Positions 39,225 through 52,987 of a stretch of 64,000 nt of DNA are shown here, piece after piece. Under the pieces are notes generated by a model. The model was not told the origin of the DNA. It searched no databases and saw only the letters and a program-made list of their open reading frames with translations. The position numbers were made by a program, and so were the translations under genes. The stretch is from Neocallimastix sp. 'constans'. Its lineage: Eukaryota. The stretch lies in the NCBI GenBank assembly GCA_050613775.1, contig JBODTK010000127.1, forward strand, positions 124,001 to 188,000, given 5' to 3'. Positions within the stretch are counted from its first letter, which is position 1, and each line of letters opens with the position of its first letter.

Positions 39225-42200
39225 ATGGAATCCAATAGTAATAACGCCCAAATTCCAAGTGAAGTTGAATCCTCAAAGCTTATAACAGCTTTAACAGAAT
39301 TTATTCCTACCTTCTTTTCCGCCAACGGAGTGTTATCCAAGGACTTAGCTGATAACAACAAACTTAACGTTAATGAGCTCCTGGAACAGAGTGAATTGTT
39401 TTTTAAAAAACATCCCAACTCTTTTTCCACGGACGACTTAAAAATTTCTTATGTTATCAGCATGTTACATGGACCTCCAAAGAAATGGGGACTTTCATTG
39501 AAGGCTGATGGGACTTTAAATTCGTTAAGCTATGACACCTTTAAAGATATTTTGATAAGCAATTTTGGGGATACTAAAGAACAGAAGGATGTTCTTATTG
39601 AACAACTTCTAAACTTAAAACAACTTCATTTAGGAAGAGCCGCATTATATACTATTGAATTTCGAAGGTTAGCTGGACGTATTGGATGGCCGGACGATGT
39701 ATTCATTGACCTAATCAAAAGAGGTCTTCTTGAGGATGTTAAAACAGAGTTCAATAAATTAGACAAACCTAAAAGTTTATTAGAGGCAACAAATTTTATT
39801 ATCAATATTGATAGAAAATGTTTACTTAAGCAAAAAGTAAAGACCAATGACTACAAGCCAAAGAGTAGTAAATCTTTCAAACGAAAAAGAGACGAAACTA
39901 ACATGACCGAAAACAAATTTAAACGCAATAAGCACCATAAGGGACGAGACAATGGAAGTATTTTATCAGCAAATTACACTCCAAGTCATAATAATAAAAT
40001 GACTACAACTTTCTTGTTAACCGTTAATAACAAAAAGATTAAAACCAGAATCCTTATTGACTCGGGCTCTGCTAGAAGTTATCTCTGCAAAAGTTTCGTA
40101 ACAGCAAACAAGATTCCCTATTCAAGCCTCTCGAACACTGTCAATGTAAGACTCCCCAACGAGAAGAATATGGCCATAAGGCAAGTTACAAAGAGACTTA
40201 AACTTACTTTTATTGACCATACTGAAATGTTTGAATTCTTTATCGCAAATCTCCAACTTCAGGACATTTCAGCAATCCTTGGAAGAGATTGGTTAAATCT
40301 TCATTCTCCTTACATTGACTATAAGAATAATAAAATCTATTTCTTGGAATCTCACTGTTTTAGTCATTGTCCTTCCGCTAAGGGTAATAAGTTTGTTTTC
40401 CATTCATCAGATATTACTGCTTCTCTCTTACCCATTACTGAATCTGAACATAAGGGAGAAACTTCTCTTGATTCTATAATTCCTGATTCCATTTCTGAAG
40501 ACGAATTAAGCGATATGGATATCTGTGCTGTTTTAATTCAAGATAGTAAAATGAAGGATTCTAACAGAAATGAAGAAATAATTAAAAAATCTCCTGCTGG
40601 TGCTCCAGTGCTATTTGTTAAAAAACATGACGCTTCTTTTAGACTTTGTGTTGACTATAGAAAGCTCAATTCTATCACCATTAGAAACAGTTATCCAATT
40701 CCTAGGATATCTGATTTGATAGAATCATTTAAAGGTGCTATTATTTTCTCTCGGCTTGACTTAAGATCTGCCTATAACTTAGTTCGTGTCAAGAAAGGCC
40801 ATGAATACCTTACTGCTTTTCGTACTCCTTTTGGTCATTTTGAATACCGTGTAATGCCTTTTGGTTTACGTAATGCACCTTCGGTTTTTCAACGCTTTAT
40901 CCAAGACATTTTTTCTGATGATATTGGCTTGTTTCTCTTTGTCTACTTAGATGACATTATAATATATTCGAAAAACCTTACTGAACATATTAAACATGTT
41001 CATCATGTCCTTTCCTTGTTAGTCAAAAATGGTCTCTATGTAAAACTAGAAAAATGTGAATTTCACGTTCCTAAAACTACTTTTTTAGGGTTTGTTGTAT
41101 CAATAAATGGCCTTTCTATGGATAAAAACAAAGTAAAATCAATTCTTGAATGGCCTACTCCAAAAAACATGAATGAACTTCAAAGTTTCCTCGGACTCTG
41201 TAACTACTATAGGAAATTCATAAAGAATTTCGCCATAATTATGGAACCCTTAAGAATACTCCTCAAGAAGAATAACGAGTTCAAATGGAATGATGATGCT
41301 GAGAATGCCTTCAAAAAATTAAAACTTGCTTTTACCACAGACGAAATCCTTATCTACCCCGATCCAGATAAGGAATTCACTGTTGAAACTGATGCCAGTG
41401 ATTTTGCTGTGGGTTGCATTCTTTCTCAAATCAGTGACAAGGATAACGAACTTCACCCTGTCGCTTTTCATTCTAGGTCTTTGTCATCTTCTGAATTAAA
41501 TTATACAATATATGACAAGGAACTACTCGCTATTATCACCGCTTTTGAAACCTGGCGTCACCACCTTGAAGGGGCTAAGTTTCCTGTTCAAATCATTACC
41601 GATCACAGGAATTTATTATATTTTAAAAAGCCTCAACATTTAAACCAACGCCAGATAAGATGGAGCCTCTTTCTTTCTAAGTTTGACTTTAGGATTTCGT
41701 TCAGACCTGGATCAAGGCGTGGTAAACCAGATTCGTTGTCGAGACGTCCGGATTATAATTCCGTGGTTTCCCTCCACAACAAAGACCGTCCTTTATTGGA
41801 TGATAATGCCTTATGTTGTGCAAACACTGATAATATTAGTAGTTTGATTGATGCCCAAACGGCTGACACATATTGCAAATCTATTTTAGAAAAGATTAAA
41901 ACTAAGTCAAACACAGTTAAAAGTTCTTTATTTTCTTTAAATGAAGGGGTCTTACATTTCCAAAACAGAATCATCGTCCCATCCACTTTAAGAGCAAGAA
42001 TTTTGAAATCTTTTCATGACTCACCCACCAACGGACACCAAGGTATTGACAAAACTCTTGATAAAATCAAGAGATACTACTGGTGGCCTAATATGAAGAA
42101 AGATATTCATAATTATGTACTTTCTTGTTCAACTTGTGCTAGGTGTAAAATTCGTAGACATAAACCCTACGGAAAAATTCAACCGTTGCCTGTTCCCAAT

Positions 42201-43060
42201 AAACCATGGGAAATTATTGGGGTTGATTTTATAGTTTCGTTACCTAGTTCACAAGATTGCACATGTATTATGGTGGTTTCGGATCACTTAACAAAGATGA
42301 TCCATTTAGTTCCTTGCTCCGACGTCCCTCCGCTGACCTGACCGCCAAGATGCTCCTTTACAACGTTTTTCGGTATCATGGATTCCCTAAAATCATTGTC
42401 TCTGATCATGGCTCCCAGTTCTCTTCTGAATTTTAGACCTCACTCTGCTCAGCTCTAAATACTAAGCCAAGACTCGCTACTGCTCATCACCAACAAACAA
42501 ATGGTCAAGTCGAAAGGGCTAATTCCGTAATCGAACAATATTTACGATGCTACTGTTCTACTGCCCAAAATGAATGGTGCTTTTATCTACCTCTTTGTGA
42601 AATGGCTTATAACAACTCATTTCACAAATCTATAAACATGTCGCCTTTCTGTGCAAATTATGGTTTTAATCCAGTATGCAATATTGACTCTCCTCCTGTT
42701 CTTTTAAAAGATAATGCCTCTGTACTTACTAGGGATTGGTCTGCCCATTTTGATGCCCTTAAAAAGCACCTTATCAAAGCTAAAGAAGATTTCAAAAAGT
42801 TTGGTGACTCTAGGAAAGCTTCTGGTCCTACTTTCCATGTTAACGACATGGTTTGGTTGAAAAGGTATTACTTCTCCAATGAACCTGCAAAAAAGCTTTC
42901 TAACAAGTATCTTGGACCCTTTAAGGTCATAGAAGTGAGGGAAAGAATGAACTACCGGCTTGAATTACCAGAAAATCTTCATTTACACCCGGTATTTCAT
43001 ATCTCGCAGTTGGAGCCTTATACTGAAAGAGACATAGGATTAAAGGAACCATCACCATAA
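39225..43060 (+). pseudogene. Gypsy-B gag-pol; in-frame deletion at the RT N-terminus, frameshift ~42330, stop ~42434
   Basis: LIDSGSA, LCVDYRK, YLDD, TDAS, HHCC, GVDFI, GPF; collinear with the Gypsy-A protein. Confidence 0.93.
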
Positions 43061-44134
43061 AGGGAGCAATGTAAGAATCTATAATTATTTTTAACAAAAT
43101 AATTATATTTTCTTAGCTAGGTTATAATTAATATAACTTTTATTTAACTCATATTTCATTTATACAATTAATTATAATTAATAATTTATTTAATTATATA
43201 TTAAAATTTTATTTAGTTTAATATTAAAAATTTATTTAATCAAATAATTTTTATACATTTAAAATAATATTAAATTTATTTAATTATTCACTTAATTATT
43301 AAATTTATTAGTTTTAGTTTTCTCTCACTTATTAAATCATAAACTAAAACACTATTCTGTATTTTATCATGTATTCTGTATTCTATCATGTATTCTGTAT
43401 TATATTAATCATGTATTTTATTATTAATGTATTGTTTTATATTTTTTATGTAAAGTTCTATAAAATAGAACTAAATAGATTAAATTTTAAATTTTATGAT
43501 CGAAATAATTTTCATTATTTTATTCTTTTATTTTCGATCATTATATTAGATTAAGTAATCAGTTAATTAAGGTTTTTCTAATTACTTCTTAAAAGTAATC
43601 GGTTTTACTTAATTAACGCGATGATCGATATGGATAGAATATCGATCAAAAAACTTATCTAGGTTTTTCTTCTAGTCTTTTCCTAGATAAAAGATTTGTT
43701 AAGATTAGAACCCCTTTTGATTTTAACCTTATTTTGACAAAAAAGTATAAATAAGGCTCTTGAGTTCTCTTTGAGAAATCAAGAGTTATTATTATAACAA
43801 TTATAATATAATAATAATAACAATAAGTTTTAACATTTAAAATTTTTAATAAATAATAAAACAAATTATTTTAATAAAACAAATTTTATAATTAAAACTT
43901 TTCCTTATCAATTTTAGTGTTTCGTCTATTATAATTCGTTATAATAAACTCGATAATTAGAAATAACCATAGGTAAGTATGATTCTTTTCTAAACCTTTA
44001 ATATTAGCAGTTAGAGCTAATATTTGTTGAAATTATAACTGAATTGAAATCTCAATTTCAGTTATTTACATTTCAATAATTAAAAATATTATTTATTTAA
44101 TTATAAATAATATATATATTTAAATAATTAATAA

Positions 44135-45115
44135 TTAATATAAATTCTTGTTATTGTTTACGTGTGGGCTTGAATGTTTCTTTTTTAAATTTTTATTACC
44201 ATTATTATTTTTTAATTGGTCCTTACTTTTAATATTATTTTCAAATAAGATACACTTGGTATAAATATCACCAAGCTTTGTGGGGAATTCTTCCATTTTA
44301 TCTATTTCTTCTTGGAACTTTGGGTGAAGTCCATTATAGAAAAATAAGACTAAAGCTTCTTCATCCCAAGACAGACCAGTAGTTAACGTTCTGAACTTTT
44401 CTATATAATTATTTATTTTACCATACGAATGTTTTAATTTTACTAACTGGATCTTAGCCAATTTTTTACTTGCAACATTCGTAAAAGTTTTCTTTATATC
44501 ACTTAATAATTTCTTTAGTGTTCCTGGACGATTGTTCTCGTTATAGGTAGCAATATACCAATTTCTTGCGCCGTCTCTCAAACGAGATTTAACAAAGTTT
44601 ATTTTTACTTCTTCTGGTAAACCTAAGTTGGGATAAGTTGAGAAAGTATCTTCACATAATTGACAGAATAAATCAGTGTCAGTAGTGTTACCTGAGAAGA
44701 ATCCAGGTTCAGGTACTTGTTGCAAATTATTAGAATAACTATTCTTCATGATGACATCATTGTCTGCATCACGTCTGGTAGAAATAGAGGCGTTATCATC
44801 TTGATTTTGTGGTACAGATTGGCTAGAAGAGGGATCATCATTGGTACTAATTTTTATATCTAATTTTTCATTGAATATTTTAGTTAAATTAGAAAGTTGA
44901 TTAATAATATTTTTATTATCTCTATTAAGTGTATAGAGTTTTTCCTGTAAGTCTTGATTATATTTATTAAAATCTTCTTTTAATAAAAAGCTATCATTAA
45001 CAGAAGAAGCTAATTCTGATACGGTAACTTGGGCGTCAGACCTTAACTTATTAACTTCTGACATTGGGGCAATGTCAGGTATTGAACTAGCCCAGACGTT
45101 CGTATAGTAAGACAT
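44135..45115 (-). CDS. Gypsy-C gag, 3'-truncated at the rearrangement junction
   Basis: PEPGFFSG...KINFVKSRLRDGARNWY...YIEKFRTL...FYNGL retrotransposon gag; starts 35 nt after the LTR end at 45150. Confidence 0.85.
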   Translation of the reverse strand: MSYYTNVWASSIPDIAPMSEVNKLRSDAQVTVSELASSVNDSFLLKEDFNKYNQDLQEKLYTLNRDNKNIINQLSNLTKIFNEKLDIKISTNDDPSSSQSVPQNQDDNASISTRRDADNDVIMKNSYSNNLQQVPEPGFFSGNTTDTDLFCQLCEDTFSTYPNLGLPEEVKINFVKSRLRDGARNWYIATYNENNRPGTLKKLLSDIKKTFTNVASKKLAKIQLVKLKHSYGKINNYIEKFRTLTTGLSWDEEALVLFFYNGLHPKFQEEIDKMEEFPTKLGDIYTKCILFENNIKSKDQLKNNNGNKNLKKKHSSPHVNNNKNLY

Positions 45116-45759
45116 ATCAAGGTAGCAACTAAAACTAGGGTAAGGTTATTGTTAAGATTATGATATAATTTATAGTTTAAATTTAAATAAAATAATATGG
45201 TTTATTAAAAAATATTCACTAAGTCGATATGTCTATATAGTAATATACTATATAGATATATAATAAAAATAATAAATATTTAAATGTTTAGTTTAATAAA
45301 AATTTATTTATAATAAACTTTGATAATTAGAATTATCAAATTAATTTAATTTTAAATTTGTTTATTTTATTTAATAATAAAATATCTATAATATATTACT
45401 ATTAAGGTAATTTTACAATAACCTTACAAAGAACATAAAAGATAGATTTTTACATCTTTCTTTTATACTTTGTAAGTTACATAATAATAATATTTAATTA
45501 TAAGATAGTAATAATATAGTAATATAAATAATAATAAAATATAAGGATAAATTTAATTATATAATTAATTTGAATAATTGAATTTAATATAGATATGTTG
45601 TAAACATATATAAAAACATAATATAAATAAAATACACGTGACGTCAAATGTATCATTGAAATTAATTATTAATATAAACCTTATTTATTAATATTCTCAG
45701 AATTATTAGGCCTAAGATAACCCTTTAAATATTAAACAAGAATTTATATTAATTATTAA

Positions 45760-48700
45760 TGACAAAAAATCGTAAATAAATATTTACTTTTTACTAATAG
45801 TTTTTATTTTTATTAAAGAACCTATTTTTTAATAATAATACATGATTTAATATTTTTATATTCATAAAAATTACATTCAATGGAACGTACATATTTATTA
45901 TATTAAATACATGACTTATTAGAAATAATATAAAAGAGGCTTATAAAAAATTTTAAAACTATATTATTTGTATCATAAACTATATAAACTATATATTATT
46001 GTAATATATCCTATTTATTTATAATATACTATTTAATATTTAATATTTAAAATTATAATAAAATAAAAGTATTGAACAAAGTATTAATTAAAAATTTAAA
46101 CTAAAAATACTAATTTTCTAACATTCCTCCCTAAACAAAGTATTATCAAAGACTTTGTTTGCAAAATTAGTTATTTGATTTTTATTAACATCTTTTTTTA
46201 AAATATCTGCTAAATTTTCTTCAGATTTAATGTAATGTAAAATTACTTCTTTTCTTTCAATATTTTCTTTAAAGTAGTGATAGCTAACTCTTACATGTCT
46301 AAGTTTTTTACTAATAGCATAATTTTCAGCAGCAAATAAAGATGCTCTGTTGTCTCCATTTAAATTTATTACAAATTTCTTTTTAAACATTTCATTTAGC
46401 ATATTTTTAATCCATAAACCATTTGCTACAGCTTCGGAAAGGGCAATATATTCTGCTTCTGCAGTAGATCTTGTTACTGATTGTTGTTGTCTGGACATCC
46501 AAGCGATTGGTCCTGAGGCTAAGAAAAAAATATTTCCTGAAGTGGATTTACTATTTGATAAGTCTCTAGCAAAATCAGAATCTGTGTAACCAATTAATTC
46601 TCCTTTGTTTTTGTATGAAATGCAATAATTCTTAGTTTGATTTAAATATTTAAGGATGTTGACTACTTTGTTCCAATCTGATACTGTTGGATTTGAGTTT
46701 TTTCTTGATGCCTTACTAACAGAGAATGATATATCAGGTCTTGTCGATTTAGATACATGTATTAAACAACCAACTGCGCTCTGATAAATAGTCTTATCAA
46801 AAGGTGTTTTATTAATTAGTTTAACGTCATCACCAGTACATGGAGTAGAAGCTTTTTGATTTTCTTTAATATTAAATTTCTTTAAAATATTTTCAATATA
46901 GTTTTCTTGAGAGATTGTGTATCCGAATTTATTTTTCCTAACATTTAATCCTAAAATATTATTTATTTCTTCACACTTGGATATTTTGAAATTGCTCTTA
47001 ATAATATTAACAATATTAAAAATTTCTTCTTTAATACCTGTTATTAACATGTCATCGACATATAAAGCTACTAAACATATTACATTATTTTTATTATCCC
47101 ACTTAACGAATAAGCATTGTTCACTTCTTAGTTGATATAGTCCTTTTTTGATCAAAAATTTGCTAATAGTTTGGTTCCATTCTCGACCAGCCTGTTTCAA
47201 TCCATAAAGTGCCTTATTTAATTTGCAATAACCTTCATTATAATTTTCATGTCCTTCTGGTAGTTTCATATATATATCGTTATGTAATTTCGCATTGAGA
47301 TATGCGCCTTTCACATCTAATTGTTGAATGTTCCAATTAAATAAAGAAGCTAACGCTACTGTTAATCTCAAACTTTCTACTGGTAGTGTTGGAGAAAAAG
47401 TTAATTCATAATCTACTCCTTCAATTTGATTATATCCTTTTACTACTAATCTTGCTTTGTATTTTTCTAAATTGTTATTCCCATCATATTTCTTCGTAAA
47501 TACCCATCTAGGACTAAGTGGTTTAATTCCTTCTGGTAGCTCTGATATTATGGTCATTGTATTATTTTCCTTTAAATTTTGCAACTCGGTAGATATAGCT
47601 TTAATCCATTCTTCACTTTCTTCGCAAGTAATAGCTTCATAATAGTCTTTTGGATTATTATTTGTAATGTTGGATATTTCCTCCATTTTCTGAACTTTAT
47701 GCTTATTATTTTCAAGCGGCATACCTGGTCTTTTAACTCTAATTATTAATTTTTGGTCATTATTGATATTATTATTACAGCTAGTATTAGCTTTAATCAA
47801 ATTTTTATCAAATTCTTCATTAAAATTTTTCGTACGAAATTTTTCATCCTTATTATGGATAACTTTATTTTTGGTAAAATTAAATTTATTAAAATTATTT
47901 AATTTATTTAATTTTTTTTCAATAATTGAAAATTTTTCATTAATAAAATTTTTTTTTTCGTTTGTAATTTTATATTTTTTATTTTTTAAAATCTTAATTT
48001 TAGTTTTATTTTTTACTTCTTCTTTCTCTTTGAAATTTAAATCCTCACTTTTTTTTTTCTTTACTAACAACTTAATTTCATTTTTATTTTTTGAATTATT
48101 TTCATTTAAATCTAGGTTTTTATTGCACAGGATTTCAGGATTTTCAGGATTTACAGGATTATCAATTGAATTATTTTTGTTTTCAATTAAAATTTCTTTG
48201 TTTACTTCATTAGAAATTTTATTGACAGGATCAATTTTTGAATTATTTGAATTTTCATATTTATCAGGACTATTTTGAAATTTATCAAATATTTTGTCAT
48301 TATTGCCTTGTTTATCCTGATAGGAAAGTAATTTAATATTATTATATTTATTATTATTATATTGTTTGTTTACTTCTTGTACATTGAAAGGTATGTTATT
48401 TTCAATTAATTTTTTAATATAATTATTATTTTGGATTACATCATTTAATCCATTCATTAATTTATAAATATTATAATTTGATTTTCTTATTTTATTTTTA
48501 TAATATTGAATATTTTTATTCGCAGCTTTGTTTATTTTATCTATATCGTTATTTTCATTTCTATTATTCTTCATGTATTCTTGATTAGAATTATTACTAT
48601 CAATAATTTTATCTTTATTATAAGTATCTATTATAGTATTTTCATATTTTTGTTTATCTTCATTAATATTTAAATCTTTAATAAAATTATTATTATTCTT

Positions 48701-51700
48701 AAATAAAACTTTTCTATTGTTCTTATTATCAATATCATTTTTCGTGTACTTTTTCGTGTTGTTAGTGTTATTTGACGTGTCATGTTTGTTATTAAATGTA
48801 TTATTGATGTTATTCATTATGTTATCCATATTGTTTAATTTATTATCCTTATTATTCATATTTTCAACTGTTGTATTAGTGTTGGACATATTTTTATCAT
48901 TGTTTATGGCTTTTTCTAATTTTCTTTTTTTATTACTGATGTTATGGTCTTCATTATTATTTATATGGGTGTAAGTTTGTTGAGTAGATAACATAGGATT
49001 AATAAATATACGTGACTTTGGATTATCATCAAATGTTTCTTTATCTTCAATATTTATATCTTCATAATCATCTATATCGTCGTCAGCATATAAAGAAGGT
49101 AAATTATATTCTTCGTCGTAAGGTTTTTTGTTTATTAGATTGAAATTTCCTGGAATTTCTTCTTCAAAAACAGCGTCTCGAACTACATGAGTTTTTAATG
49201 TTTCATAATCCATAATAATATATCCATTTGCATTTATATCATATCCTAAAAATATACCTGGTTTTGAGTTTGAATGAAATTTATTTTCTTTTAAATTTGG
49301 ATCTATATAATAGTAATCTTTACAACCAAAGACTTTTAATTTATCTATATTCACCGGTTTTTTGTAATAAAGTTCATCAGGGATTTTAAAGTCAATAGAA
49401 CTTCTTGGAGTTATATTATAAATATAATTAGCGGTTTTAATTGCATCTTCCCAAAAATTTTCACTAAGTTTTGCTTGGTTTAACATTACTTTCACTGCAT
49501 TCTCCAAGGTACCATTAAGTCTTTCAGCTCTGCCATTACTCTGGGGGTTTCTTGGAACGGTAAGTCTTCTTTGAATACCATTTTCTGAACAAAATGTTAC
49601 AAATTTATTAGATGTGTATTCTTTTCCATTATCTGATTGAATCTTAACAACAATTAAGTTTTGTTCATTGGAGACCATTTTAACAAATTGAGCGAAAATA
49701 TCTGTGACCTCAGATCTTTTCTTCATCAAATAGATCCAGCTTTTCCGACTATAATCATCCAGAAAGGTAATTACATATTTATAATTATTTCTTGATAATT
49801 TAAGAGGTCCTAACACGTCTGAATGAATTAATTCCAAAGGTCTTGAAGCGCGGGAGGTAGATTTATTGAATGATGCCTTTTTTAATTTTGAAGTTTCACA
49901 GTCAATACAATTATTTTTCTTAATATTGTGTCCTTCAAGATATTTTCTTAAGTTATTGTTATAAAAATGGCATAGTCTTAAATGCCATATCTTTTCGGAA
50001 TAGTCGTCTAGCTCAAGATTATAAATATTTTGGTCGTTGTTTATATTCCATCTTTTAGACACAATGATATTGCATATATTGGTATCATTTTCTTTTGCGA
50101 TACATAATAAATTCTGGTTCTTATTGGCGAGTCTAAAATATATGTTGTCATCTATAAGTATATAATCAGCTAGATAACCTTCTTTCCTTAAAATACTATA
50201 CGAAATAAGATTCTTGTTGAGTTCCTTGGAATATAGTACATCTTCTATTTCGAAAGGTTTATTATTGATATATCCTGATAATGTTCCTATTTTGGTAATC
50301 CTAATTTTTGCTTTGTTTGGCAGGATGAGATTTATTTTGTATTCTCTTATATCTTTAAGGAATTCAATGGAATTTGTAACATGAACTGATGCTCCAGAAT
50401 CAATAGTGAATAACAACGATGGAACACCTATGCAATTACACGAATTAGTTTCAATATATTGTTTAATTATTTCCTTGTTTTCGTCATTTGTGACAATTTT
50501 GTTAATTATTGGCGGAATTATTTTATCAATAATGTTATCAACTCTTGAGATATTCTTGGTTATTCTTCCAGCATTTTTTGGGGTGTGTTGACGGTTGATG
50601 AAGTTTAAATTATTGGTTTCATATAGAGGGATTTCTGGAATTTCTTCATTTTCACTTTCTTCTCTTAAACTTTGAATTTCTATTGAGTTAATTTCTCTTG
50701 TTTCAGTTTCAGATGATGATGTATCATTATCATAGCAAAATTCAATATCATTTAGTTCATCTTCTCTCAGATTTAATTGACTAAATTTCTTAGCTATGAC
50801 TTTTATTTTGTTATTCGGATTTTTAGGGTTAAACGGGCATTTAAAAGCTAGATGATTTTCATTATTGCATATAAAGCAGTATTTTTTATTTGAATAATTT
50901 TTTCTATTATAACTATTATTACCGAAATTATCGTTACTATTTCTATAATGATTATTATTTTGACTATATCTTTTTTTGCCAAACTCCTTATTATGATGTT
51001 TAGAGTGATGATATTCACTTTTACCATGTTTATTATGGTGAGTATTCAATTTACTATATTTACTTCTGCTGTCATTCCTGGAAATGAATGATACTTCTTT
51101 TTCATCCTCATGAATATATGTCTGACGGTTTCTGATTTGTTTTTTCATGTCTTCTAAAATTTTATCAATGTCGTCAGAGATACTGCATCTAATTTCTAGA
51201 AAGTTTATTTGTTTCTCGGGCAGTCCTTTCTATAAATAAGTTAACTTTTCTCTATTATTAAGTTTTATATTTAGCTCGCTCAATTTTCTTATGATTTCCA
51301 AAAATTCATCAATGTAGTTTATGACTTCTTTTTCATTACTGGCGTTTAAGTTTTCTAGTTTCCTATAGAGTTTGGGGATTTCATTCAGTTCTTCTTCCTT
51401 ATATTTTTTCTCTAGTAACTTTATTAATGCATAAGCTGATTTTTTTTCTTCTGTTTTATTCTTTATAAACGCTTTGATTTTTGAATTCACAGACCTTTTG
51501 GTGAAACTAATGACCTTTGAGTTGTTCATCTTGTGCTTCCTAATTTTCTCTTCCCCTTCTTCAGATAGTCCGGTGTGTTTATCAGTATACTTGGCGGTAG
51601 TTTCATTTATAATCTCTTCGATATCTCTCTCTACATATTCCCCAAGTCCGGCTCCATCTAATTCTAATTTGAAATCTTCGTACTAATCTTTATAATTGGT

Positions 51701-52296
51701 CTCTGTCAGGACGTAGTCCATACTATGAATGATTACATCAGACATTTTTTTTTTGTTTACTTTTCTTTTGTTTATTATTATTTTTTATTATTTATAAAAG
51801 TTTTATTTATTTATTTTGTCGATTACTCAATTATCGACAACACTAATTATAACTAATTACTAAATTCCTCAATATATTTTTCACACATAAATGTATCTTA
51901 AAAACACTAGAGAGTCACTGAGACTCTTAATCTGACAAAAAATCGTAAATAAATATTTACTTTTTACTAAAAGTTTTTATTTTTATTAAAGAACCTATTT
52001 TTTAATAATAATACATGATTTAATATTTTTATATTCATAAAAATTACATTCAATGGAACGTACATATTTATTATATTAAATACATGACTTATTAGAAATA
52101 ATATAAAAGAGGCTTATAAAAAATTTTAAAACTATATTATTTGTATCATAAACTATATAAACTATATATTATTGTAATATATCCTATTTATTTATAATAT
52201 ACTATTTAATATTTAATATTTAAAATTATAATAAAATAAAAGTATTGAACAAAGTGTTAATTAAAAATTTAAACTAAAAATACTAATTTTCTAACA
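45760..52296 (-). mobile_element. Copia-3, full length and young; LTRs 45760-46123 and 51933-52296
   Basis: 364-bp LTRs with two differences noticed, TSD ATTAA, PBS 51918-51932, PPT AGGGAGGAA at 46124-46132. Confidence 0.96.
46118..51745 (-). pseudogene. Copia-3 gag-pol single frame with two premature TAG stops (51683, 51230)
   Basis: ATG 51745 is in frame with ORFs 51529-51230 and 51148-46118; CFICNNENHLAFKC, IDSGASVH, WHLRLCH, IHSDVLGP, SDNGKEY, LYVDD, YTDSDFA. Confidence 0.93.
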
Positions 52297-52943
52297 ATTA
52301 ATTATTTAAATATATATATTATTTATAATTAAATAAATAATATTTTTAATTATTGAAATGTAAATAACTGAAATTGAGATTTCAATTCAGATATAATTTC
52401 AACAACGCCCTCCCATAAAAATCGGATTCAAGACGATTTTTGTGTAACGATATGGAGGTCTAAATTTTTTATTAAAAAAAAATTTTTGGAATTTCATAAA
52501 TTAAAAATTTTTTAATTTCAAAGGAAGAAGGTCACTTGAGTCCTTTTAAATTTTTACAGGAAACCCCATTTCAAGTGACCATTTCATTGAAATTTTGAAA
52601 TTTCTAAAATTTAGTAAAATTAAAATTTAGTTAATAAAATTGATAGTTGTGAATATAATGGTACCATTTTTGAATGAATTTGATTTAGAATTTTTGAAAT
52701 TGAAATTTTGAAATTTTTATTTCAATTAACTTTTTAATTTGTTGCATTAAATTTTAAAAAAATGAAAATTACATTAATTTATAAAATTTTGATTATATTG
52801 AATTATAAATTGATTGTTAAGAGTGTAATATAGCTATATTTTTTGAATTTTGAAATTTTGAAATTTTGAAAAATTAAAATTAACTAAAAAAAGATAATAA
52901 TAAAGTAAAAGTTAAAAAATTAATAATAAAAAATAAATTTTCC

Positions 52944-52981
<38 letters not shown>

Positions 52982-52987
<6 letters not shown>

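Noticed and set aside
46350..50591. Short antisense ORFs over Copia-3 (and similar ones over other pol genes and the flippase)
   Set aside because: Shadow frames of real coding sequence with no independent motifs.
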